This document shows positions 39,101 to 51,100 of a stretch of 64,000 nucleotides of DNA, in pieces. Both the position numbers and the translations under genes were made by a program. A model generated the notes under the pieces. That model searched no databases, was not told the origin of the DNA, and saw only the letters and a program-made list of their open reading frames with translations. Position 1 is the first letter of the stretch. Each line of letters opens with the position of its first letter. The stretch comes from Lama glama (lineage: Eukaryota): NCBI GenBank assembly GCA_028534125.1, contig CM052817.1, positions 79,548,001 through 79,612,000 on the forward strand, in the 5' to 3' direction.

Positions 39101-42100
39101 GTATGTGGTCCACATTGTCTTTTAACACTTAGGGTTTAAAGCTATTTTTTGGATACTCTTCATTCCTTAATCATCCCACAAGAAAATGCCAGTCTTTTCT
39201 TTATTTTGACCAAGAATATCTGAAAATGAATTAGAGACCTGTAAACAGATGTAACAGGCAACAGACCTTTTTGTTTCTTTAACATTATCCTTCTTACCTC
39301 CCTGCATTTTGAAGACTGTTGATTACACAGTTAGGAAATACTCTTAATTGTCAGATTCAGGCTTACTAGCATGTAAGATAAATAACTCTACAATTAAAAA
39401 TTCTCAGTTATTTGAACATAAGCTATAATAGTATTTCTTTTTATGGCACTTTATTTGGAAGTTTGAAATATGTTGTTAAAATAGAGTGAAACAGAGATTG
39501 CAGTAGGAAGCAGAAGTCCTTAATGCTATCACTCATTCTCCCACTTAATAGTTGTGTGACCTCTACCAGATCATAAAACTTCTTTCACTTTCTTCATCCA
39601 GGAAAACAAAACAAAACAAAACAAAACAAAACAAAACACAATATCTCTAAAGAAATGTGATTGAATGACATGATTAAGAGAAACCCCTTAGTTCTAAGAT
39701 CTCTGGCTTATGGTTTGTTAAAATGCAGTGGTTTTTCACTGCTTCTTAGAGCTTCAAGGATCCATAGGTATTTCTCAGGATAATGGTTAGGCTGAGCAAG
39801 GTTTACGTTATCTTTTTTATATCAAGGTATTACCTATAGAATTTGGTTTGATGGAAAGGTTTTATGCTTAATATGTTAGTTACCTTCTGTGCTAGTGGTT
39901 TTAAGGGTCTATACATTAATAGGTTTGGGGTATTCTGTTTTATATAGGATGAAGGAGTTGAATCTGATGATTTGAAAAAAGATCTGCCTCTAATGCCTCC
40001 ACCTCCAGATTCATGTAGCATGAAGTTGACCATCAAGGAAATTTGGTTTAGTTTTGCAGCTCCCACCAATGTGAGATCTCCTGCACATTCATTTTCTAGG
40101 TAAAAAGTTAAAAAAATACAATACTATCCCTTGATGTTTCTTTTGTTTAAATGACGTACAATTCTGTTTCATGTATTTTTTTTGAAGTGTTTTTCTATTA
40201 GATCTAGTATTAGGGTTGCCACTTTTTTCCCATCTTTCCTGCTTCATATTTTGTGTAAACATTATTCTCAGCTTTTTTGACCCTTTTTCATTTCCTAGGG
40301 TTTTAGTTTTATTTTTACACATCACCTCTACTAGGCTTTTATATTTTTCTTTCTTTTCTATTATTTTATTCTTTGCATTATGAACTTATATGTTCATAAT
40401 TTATCTGATGGTCAGAATAATTTTGCCTGAATAAAATAGCCACTCAGTACAGTAGGTACAGGAGATTGTTTGAAATACAAATCTTGACAATTTTATAATT
40501 TTTAAATTTTTAAAGGCAGCTGAACCTTTTAAGCACAGCGACTCCAGCTGTTGGTGCGTGGCTTGTTCCTGTTGATCAACTCAAGTCATCCTTAAACAAA
40601 TTAGAAACCGAAGAAACCTTGAGAATTTGTGCTGTTATGGGATGCATAATGACAGAAGCATTAGAGGTATGTCTTTGAACAACACAAGGCATCATACAAA
40701 GTTTGCTGTAGACAGTGATCCCTTGCTGTTCATTGTTGTTGGAAAACATCAGACCTGCAAGCTCTTAATTACTGGACATCTTGTGTTGGTCATAGCTTTG
40801 CTCTATCATTCTAAATCTGTTGTTTTTGCTTTTTTTCAGAATAAAAGTGTACATTTTCCCTTAAGAAGTAAATACAACAGACTTACAAAAGTTGCCCGCT
40901 TTCTCCAAGAAAATCCTTCATGTTTACTGTGCAATATACTACATCACTACCTGCACCAAGCCAATTACTCCATCATTGATGATGCTACAATGGTGAGTCA
41001 CTGGAACTGTATGTTAGCTTTAAAAAGGCCTCTATTCTGTTGAGTAGCCATTGACCCACAGGGTTTGAGACGCATATAGGAAGTCCAAAGGAGAAATTTG
41101 GTTAGAAATATGTCTCTGCTTGTAGACAAGATTGGACTCAGATGAATGGTTTGGGAGTTGCCGGCATGAAGGTGTTAGAAACTGTGGATATGGTTGATGT
41201 GTTGAGTGAGAAACTGGTCAAGGATGGATCCCTAAAGAATACCAAAACTAAAGGGGAATGGAGAGGGTGCATAGAGGTACACAGAGTGCTGAGGAGGGAC
41301 AGGAGAGGTAGGAAAACAAGGAAAACAGGTCTTGGAAGCCAAGGATATAAAGAATTTCAAGCAAGAGAGTAATCATTAGAGTCAAATTTCAGCAAAAATG
41401 TTTAATAAAATGAGGACTGCTTAATGATTGAAGGGAGAATTTATAATTGTCTGAAGTAAATACACTGTATCTCTGCACCAGCAAAGCCCTTTGAAAGATA
41501 ACACGTCATGATTAGGGCGCTTAGAGCTCGAGGAGTCTTCCCCTCTCCTCTCCAAGCTTCTGGTCAATAGAGAATACACAAGAACCTTTAGCCAAAGTAG
41601 GAATCAATGTATCAGTATTACTAATGTCCAGTCAAGCTCCTGATGACCTCTAGTGAAAGAATCCATAGTAAATTACGGATTTGATAAAGGTACTTAGACC
41701 TGAGGCTGGTGTAGTGCTTTCTACTCTCAGCTTGTGAATTAGACTGGGAGGTCCATAGTGCAAGGTTAACTTGCCCATCTAGTCACAGGCAGAGAAACTA
41801 GAACAGAGAAAAGGGCAGGCATTTCCTGTGGATGGATGCACTGCTTAGATGTGCTTTCCATGTAAGAGGAGGAAACACAAGACGACTTGTGAGTCCAGGA
41901 ATGAAGGGGCAGGCTAAGGAACCTGATGTTCCTCAGAAATTAAATGAGGTGATTCCTGTCATCCAATGAAGGGCTCTCTTCAGTCAAAGCCATTACTGTA
42001 GCACAAGGAATTGTAGGAAAGAGGAGGGAGAGGAAGTGGATATTTTCCTCTTAGGCTGAGGCTCCAATAGGCAAATTTTCTTTCTTATAGTCATTACCAT

Positions 42101-45100
42101 ATGGAACAAAATATATTCTAAATTATGTAACTGTTACCGATAAAACATTTAAGCTTCAAAGCGGCTATAAATCCATCGATGCCCCACATTTTACTATAGT
42201 AACTTATTATTTTAGTGTTAAAATGGAGGTGGTTACCTAATCTTTGAAGGAAATAATTTCATTTCTTCTTTGCTTAGTGAGTATTCCAAGTAGCAGAAAA
42301 TACATTTAATTCTTCAGTTGAATGAAACAGGTAAAGCGGATTGAATGCTTCTTAAGGAGAATCCCAGTTTTATACCCCATGTTTAGTCTCTTATTCACCT
42401 GGTGCTGCTATGTTGCTTATGACAGAAAGATGCAACATTGTGTTCCAAGATTGAGTTCTGTAGTCAGCTTGAAATACTGACTCTTATGTAACCTTAGACA
42501 AATTACTTAATGTGTAAATTCTAGTTTCCTCATCTCTAAATGGGAGTTCTGAGATTTAAATGAATGTATGCAGAACACTTAAATAATAACTTTTTGTTAT
42601 AGGAAGATTACTCCTAACCGTTTCATTGTTGTCATAGAGTGATGGCCTTCCTGCTTTGGTAACTTTAAAGAAAGGCTTAGTTGCACTGGCAAGGCAATGG
42701 ATGAAGTTTATTGTGGTGACACCAGCCTTTAAAGGAGTTAGTATACATCGACCAGCTCAGCCCCTGAAACCTCAGTCAGCTGTGGACCATGAACATGAAG
42801 ACGGACTTGGGCTGGACAATGGAGGTGGTCTTCAAAGTGATACCAGTGCTGATGGAGCAGAATTTGAATTTGATGCAGGTAACTTTGTAAATATTTTAGC
42901 CAGATATCATGTACTTGGTATCCAAATACATGTGATGATTTTAGTAACTTTTGTCCCAAATATGAAATTTTGCCCCAAATTCAGTCCCAAATTTGAAAAT
43001 GTCATGGCTTAGTTAAGTGTGATTTGTCTTAGTCCAAATAAATGGTAATAATGTTGGAATCTTTATACAGACTTGACTTTTAAGTTTAATTTTGTGAAAT
43101 ACATTAGATTACTTCTCTGATCTACCCAGTACAGTTAACAGGCAATCTTTGTATAGCTAGAATGTTTTGAGTGAAACACATGAATTTCTTTTTGAAATTT
43201 ATACTTGTATTTGTTTACTTATCATGCTCCTTATGCCAGTCTTTTAAAGATTTGAATTTTGCGTGGTGCTGTTTGACTCTGATCTTGTATAGTGTTTAAA
43301 GTTGTGCATTCAGCCTGCAGTTCTGTCTCCATAATGGCTGTGCCAGAACACAAGTAGTAGATACGCATTTCAGAAGTATACGTGATATTGATATATAATA
43401 CTTTACATACATAACATTGATATGTAATACTTTACCACGCTTTATTTTTTTTAAAAAGTTTGTATTTAACAAATGAATATGCTTCACGAATAGGCTGTAT
43501 TTTATTATTTATTTTGAAAAATTTCACATCTGCACAAAAATGGAAAGAATCGTGCAGTAAACATCCCTTCTAATTATCAGCAAATGCCTAGGTTAATCTG
43601 TAAATGTTCCATACTTTCTTCAAGGTAGTTGAATTGGTTTTTGATCTGTGTACCATTTGGGTGGCAAATGTGAAAGACTGAGTAGGAGCCATTTGTTCCT
43701 TTCTTAAGACTGAATGAAAAGATTGGAATTTGATGATTAAAAGAAAAGAAGAGTGAATATTATAGTAGAGCCCACAATTAATTTGTCAAGAAATTTGAAA
43801 AGTTGAGTTTAGTTACACCACCAGGAACATTGGAGCTGATATTTTAAGAAAATGGTAATCTATTCTTACTCTTTTGAACTCTTTCAGCCACAGTCAGTGA
43901 ACACACAATGCTCCTGGAAGGGACAGCCAACCGGCCTCCACCTGGTAGCTCTGGACCTGTGACTGGAGCTGAGATAATGCGGAAACTTTCTAAGACTCAT
44001 ACCCATAGTGATTCTGCATTAAAAATAAAGGTACATTGTTGCTGTTTTAGGTTAGAGTTACTTAGACTTACAGAAAAGACCTAAACTTTTGTTATCACAA
44101 ATGTAAATATTACGTATTGACCCTAAATATTCAAATAGTATTTTTATGTTGAAATTAACATGATTAGTAACTTTTAATTTATACATTTCTTTGAAAATTA
44201 TGTCAATAGTCAGTATTTAATATTGAACAAGGACTACTTTAACTACCAAGCCTTAGGGCTCTCTTTTCAATTTATTGAGTATTGTTTTCAATAAAATACA
44301 ATATTGAAAATGTTAGGTCAGCTTAGAATTATTAGTTTTAACAAGATGTTTTATAGGTAGTACATGATCAGTATATAGTTTGAGTTAGGCTATTTTATGA
44401 TTTTAATTAAATTGTTTTGTTTTAAGAAGTGTAACCAATGCTTGATACAACATATGTATAGCACAGTGGGTGACTAGCACACCAGGAGGCAGACTGCCTT
44501 GGTTTCAGTCCTGACTCTACCACTTAGTTTCTTTGAGACAGAACAAGTTTTTAACTGCACTGTGTGGAAGTTTTCTCGTATGTTAAAATGGAGATTATAA
44601 TAGTAACCTCCTTCAGAAGGTTGCTGTTAAGAAATAATTGAGTTAATATAAGAAAAATGCTACAATACCTGGTACATAGTAGGCATTTAATAAGTTATTT
44701 GTTGTGTTGTGACTTATTTATTTTTTGGTAGTTTCCTTTTCTGAGTACTGAAAACAGCAGAGTGTTAAGATTTTAACTTCCTTTGACAGTCTAGATATAA
44801 TCTTAAATTAATACCAAGAATCTATTAGGAAAATTATAATTTTGACTATATTAAAATATAAAAATTTGTACACAGAAAAAAAGTATTGTAAACAAAATAG
44901 AAAGACATATGAGAAAGTGTTAATTTCCTAATATGTAAGATCTCTTCCTGATCACTAGAAGGGCACAGCCAAATACAAAAGAGTTAAAGGCAGTTCACAG
45001 AGAAATACATATACACATGTGAAAATGCATTCTCTTAGAAGTAAAGAAATGAAAATGAAATTGCATTTCCACCTGTCATATTGAAAAAACTAAAAGTTTG

Positions 45101-48100
45101 ATAGTAAATGTTGGTGAAGTTATAAGAAAACAGACACAAAGAGGCACAAATTCTTTGAAGAACAGTTTGGCAATTTTTAAATATAAAATTTTAAATGTAA
45201 TGCCTTTTAACCCAGTATGTGCATATCCAGGAACTCATTCTAAAGAAATAAATGCTCTTAGGTACTCAAGGATATATATCCAAGAGCGTTCTTTACAACA
45301 TCATTTGTAATAGGAAAATAATGGAAACAACACAAAGGACTAACCATTTGAGGACTAAGAGACTAGTCAGTGTACCCTCATACAATGCATATTATGAGGA
45401 CTTCAAAAAGATAAAGTAGATCTCTAAGTAGATACGGAATCATCACCAAAGTACACTGATTAAAGTAAAAATAAAGTATGGGACAATATGTGTCTGTGTG
45501 TCAAAAAGGCTAAAAATATATATGTGCTTATATAATCAAATTATTTATAGAAGGATAGATAAACGGTTGAGAGGACTTCTTGGGGAAGGGATATAGTAGA
45601 CTGGAGTTCAGGGGATACTTACTTTTTATTAACTAGTCTTTTGTGCTTTTGAAGTTTTTATTCTGTGTGTATTGCCCTTTTAATTAAAACATTTAATGAT
45701 GGTTTGATACACATTTTTTAGAAGTTTGGACTATAAAGCTCACTCTATTTCTGTAGTATAGTTACAAGACCAGCATACTTTAAATTCTCAACCTCTTAAC
45801 CTGTCTCAGACTTTTTTCCTGGTTGACAGTTTTTCCAAACCCTCTGATCATGTTTAGGTCTTTGCTATTAATGCTGTTCTCTCTCAGAAGTCTTTTTGAG
45901 CATTGTTTATGGATTACAAAATTTCTCCAAAGACTTGAAATTACAAGTGCTTTGTTTAGATCTCTGCCTTTCAGGATCTTTCTGTTTGCATAGTCTGCCT
46001 GCCTGCCTGTCTGTCTGTCTTTCTCTCTCTTTCTTTTCTTTCTTTCCATTTTTTTTTATTGAGTTATAGTCATTTTACAATGTTGTATCAAATTCCAGTG
46101 TACAGCACAATTTTTCAGTTATGCATGAACATACATATATTCATTGTCACATTTTCATTGTGAGCTACCACAAGATCTTGTGTNNNNNNNNNNNNNNNNN
46201 NNNNNNNNNNNNNNNNNNNNNNNNNNNNNNNNNNNNNNNNNNNNNNNNNNNNNNNNNNNNNNNNNNNNNNNNNNNNNNNNNNNNNNNNNNNNNNNNNNNN
46301 NNNNNNNNNNNNNNNNNNNNNNNNNNNNNNNNNNNNNNNNNNNNNNNNNNNNNNNNNNNNNNNNNNNNNNNNNNNNNNNNNNNNNNNNNNNNNNNNNNNN
46401 NNNNNNNNNNNNNNNNNNNNNNNNNNNNNNNNNNNNNNNNNNNNNNNNNNNNNNNNNNNNNNNNNNNNNNNNNNNNNNNNNNNNNNNNNNNNNNNNNNNN
46501 NNNNNNNNNNNNNNNNNNNNNNNNNNNNNNNNNNNNNNNNNNNNNNNNNNNNNNNNNNNNNNNNNNNNNNNNNNNNNNNNNNNNNNNNNNNNNNNNNNNN
46601 NNNNNNNNNNNNNNNNNNNNNNNNNNNNNNNNNNNNNNNNNNNNNNNNNNNNNNNNNNNNNNNNNNNNNNNNNNNNNNNNNNNTTGTTTAGGTCTTCTAC
46701 CCATTTTTGGATTGGGTTGTTTGTTTTTTCCTAAGTCGTATGAGCTGCTTATATATTCTGGAGATCAAGCCTTTGTCGGTTTCATCATTTGCAAAAATTT
46801 TCTTCCATTCCACAGGTTGTCGTTTTGTTTTACTTATGGTTTCCTTTGCTGTGCAGAAGCATAGTCTTTCTTTGTACTGTTTTAAACTGATCTGGAATTC
46901 GAATCTTAGATGTGACAGGACAGATAGAGATTCGACAATTGTGTGTTTTTGATTTTTTTGTTTTTCCTTGGAGAATTGCTGGAAATTCTTTTTGGCATAT
47001 TAGAGCTGTACAGAGAATCTAGTCTTAACACAGAAATTCATTATCGGAGTCCTAAGAAGGGTAGTATAGTATTAAGAATTTTGGAATAGAAGTCTTGCCA
47101 CCGGACTCCCTCTTCTGATTTTAAAGGGAGTTAATCATTGTAATTAAGTGAATGATCATTTAAACGCTGTCGTTTGTATTGTACTATAGAGTTATAAAAC
47201 TTTATCATATACATTTGAGATTCACTACAATTCTAGTAGACACAGACTGTTTAGGTAGACACAGTAGTTTTAATGTGAGCAATAACTAGCAGTAATAAAG
47301 ACAGTGAATAGTCGTGGTTATCAGCAGTCATTTTTACATGCATAAGAAAGAGCCCCATGTTGTTCCTTTTGTAGGGCATTCACCCATATCATTCTCTGAG
47401 CTATACCAGTGGAGACACTGCCACAGATTCTCCGGTGCATGTTGGACGTACTGGGGTACCAGTTAAGGAGAGTCCAAGGAAGGAGAGCCTACTCAGCTAC
47501 CTGACTGGAAGCTTCCCGAGCTTGCACAACCTCCTGGAAGGGACTCCTCAGAGAAGCAGCGCAGCTGTGAAAAGTAGCTCCCTAACAAGAACAGGTATAT
47601 CCTTAGTTTGGACAATTGTAAGTTTACTTCTGTAGGTTGTTAAGAAAACAAAAGCAGGACGTAAGTTTATTTAGATATATACTTTGGTTGCATACCTGGT
47701 CTTTTGTATTACACCTTATCTTTTAGAAAGTATTTTGGGAAATTGTTCTGTTTGTAGCTTGTTGGTATCTCGTGCCCTTAGTTTGCTGTCAACCTAGGTG
47801 TGGTGTGGAATGCTGTCTAAACCAGCCAACAGTGCATTTCCTCCCAATATAATAAAAATTATTTATTTATTAATGCCTTACCATCCAAGTACTAACATCA
47901 TGCAGTAAGTTTAAAAACATGTGCAAAAGGCAGATGATTTAACCTGACTTTTCAAAAATAATTACATAAATCAAATTTCCTGCTCCTTAGTATGTAAGTA
48001 ATACTAAATATAACTCTATTTTCAGGAAATACAATGGCCACTGATATGTTATCTGAACACCCCTTGTTATCTGAGCCATCATCTGTGAGTTTCTATAACT

Positions 48101-51100
48101 GGATGTCAAATGCTGTGGGTAATCGAGGAAGTGTGGTACAAGAATCTCCTGTTACAAAATCAGGACACAATAGTCTTCCAACAGGTATTGAGCTGTCACA
48201 TCATTTCATTTAACTGTCTGAGTAACAGTTATATGTAAAGTTATAGAAAAATCCTATTTTTCAGAAGATGATTAAAAAATCTCAAACGTTTAAGTAGTGT
48301 TTAGTTGAACTTGGCCCATTAATGAAATGCTTTTAATAATATTGCAATTGAGAGGGTCATAAGCAGTTGTTCAGTATTCTTATGGAAAAGCAGATATGTC
48401 AAATGTCAGGTGATATATAATTCAAAGAGTTTAAAACTTCCATTTAATGTGGCTAGTTTAATTTTCAAAACACCAAAAGGAGGTAAATGAAAAAATGTAA
48501 AGGATAATTACAACATCATGTACCTACAGTACAGGAAATATTTTCAGCTTATCCAGATTCCTCTGAGACATAATAACTAGTGTTCTTATACTCTCTATAG
48601 TCACTTAAATATTTAATTAAATTTAAAGGAATAGTAAAAGGAATAAAGTAAGATTCTTGACCTCAAGGACCGGGAGATAAATGAAGAAAATTTTATTAAT
48701 TTGAAAGAAATATTTATAAGTAGCAAGAAGACTGGTAGGAAATTCACAGAGAAGTATTGGTGGCTATTTCTAGTAACATAAGTGGAGCCACCCTTTCTTT
48801 TTTATCCTTTTTCTGTTTTTCTATTTTTTCAAATTCACTAGATGTATTATTTTCTTGTAAGTATACACACACACACACACACACACACACGTATGTATAT
48901 ATATATTTTTAAAGAATATGTGAAGTAGTCTTTGATTCTAGTTAGTGAGGGCAGGTGAAATGAATCTGTGTAACAGCTATTTGGGTCACTAGTTAATTCT
49001 ATTCAGACAGAAAATATGAAATTAAGAAAAGTGATTGAAATATGACTACTTAGTCCGTTCTCTTTTTTGCTGGTCTGTGGGCCACTTTTGCATTTGAACG
49101 TGATCCTAATTCTAACTCTTAAGAGCACAAGGACTTGCTGGTTTTTAGTATCAGTTCTTGGTTGAAGAAGCTAGAAGGATGGTGCGTCCACCAGCTCAGA
49201 GCACTTTTGTGGAGCTAGTCTCACCACTGCACAGAGTTTCACTTTCAAGAGAACCAGAAAGGAACTTTTCCTCTCTATCTCAACTCCTTTGCCTGGGGAG
49301 TTAAAGGATGAAGGAAGCACAGAAGAAAGAAATAGTGCCGTTTCATTCTCGTTCCACCTTGGGAAGGCACAGTTGGGAAGAAATTTATATGTGGGGTTCT
49401 GTGACACCTATGGCTTTTGTCCTGCTGCAGCTACTCTTTGTAGCCCTGCTACTGTCTGTAATGCTGTTCTTCAGTGCAAAGCTGATGGGGTATCAAGTGT
49501 TTTTCAAAGACCTTCCAGCCCTAAATTTGTATATTCTGGTCTGACTGACTCTTATACATATTTTGTGTATGAGAATGACTGATATATCCTGAAAACTTAG
49601 TTTAATTTTAGTTTTTATTAATAAATCATGTCTGTAAAATAACCTGAAAGTGCTGGGTTTTTTCCTTCTCAATTTAAATGGTCTGGTAATACTATTATAG
49701 TACGGGCTTCATAAGTTTACTTTGCTGTGTCCTTGTATGTGGTTTTCATTTCCCAATAATTTAGATTTTATTCTTGAACATTTTACTCTGTCAGGTGTTG
49801 CACCCAATCTTCCTACAATACCCTCTGCATCAGATTTCAACACCGTCTTGTCTAGTGACCAGAATACTTTGGATGGGACACATTCTCAGCATAGCACGAG
49901 TCAGGATGATGTAGCAGGTGTAGAAGAAGCCAACCAAGGGTTTCCTGCTGTACAGCTTGCTGATGCACAGGTGAGCCAGTCTGTTTTCCCTAATCATAAT
50001 GACCCCTCACTAGGCAGTAGTTAGCAGCTGGAAGCATCAAGTATGTGCACCTTGGAATTCTAGTGAAAATCTTTTTCCTTGCCTCTCTGCCTAAAGCCTG
50101 CATGAAGAAAGGAGGAGCCTTTAGAAAGTACATTATTAATTATAAATGCATATTAAGCATCTATAGATATTCACTAAACCAAAGAGTGGTATGTAGTTAA
50201 TTGTCTCATATAGCAACATTTTTGTTATTTGGAACTACAAACTGGCTAAATAACATGACTAGAAAGTTTAATTATTTCCTATAGTCTTTAGTGCTATGTT
50301 AAGAATTGAGTGAGCAGTGGGGAGGCACTGAAGATTTTGGAACAGAGGAAAAAAGTGCCTAGGACTGTACATGTAGAAATATTGTATGGATAGCAGTGCT
50401 TCAATGGATTGAAGTACGGAAACTAGAGATGAAAAGATGAGTTAATGAAGTAGCTCACAAAGTGGTCATGAAGCTGTTAGCTTAGATGGTTATGGCTTTG
50501 ATAAGGTAAAAGAGAAATACTGTGGAGGTCTTATTTAACTGACTAAATGTATAAAGTGGAGAACAAAATCCTTTTAAAATGTACTTTTTAACTTGACTAC
50601 AAGGCAAATGAGAGAGTGGGACATGGGTATTAAGAGGTACTACTTTTTCAGGATGAAAGCGACTTGAGCATATTTGTATACTTAGGAGGAATTAGGAAGG
50701 TCCTGATCAAAAAGGAAAAAATAAAAAAAAGAAAGAAGGGTAAACTGATAGAGTAGGACTCAGAGAGGGATGAGAAGTGTTGGAATTTAGAGTCATTTAT
50801 GGAGAGAGGTGCTTTTAGACATAAAAAATACTTTTCCTTCTGAGAATTTTGGGGAAGGCAATAAGGACAGTTCATAAATGTACAGGTAAGTTTGCAAGTT
50901 GGTAGCTTCAGTTTTCTCTCACAATAGAAAGTGATTTATGTTAAGAAATGTGTCGGGTACTTCTACATTTTCTTGAGATTTACTTCACCAATACATTGAA
51001 GTGCTTTTTAGGGACTCTCACTTTTTTTTTTTAAAGAGAGAGAAAAGAAATAGTTATGTTTGTTCTGGCCTGTATATGCATTCATTGTATTTAGTAGCAT

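Noticed and set aside
46121..46864. Long ORFs of 247, 196 and 179 aa
   Set aside because: Artefacts of translating through the N gap
49171..49582. Three overlapping ORFs of 78-97 aa in intron 29
   Set aside because: No convincing acceptor/donor pair or recognisable peptide; exons 29 and 30 already join in phase
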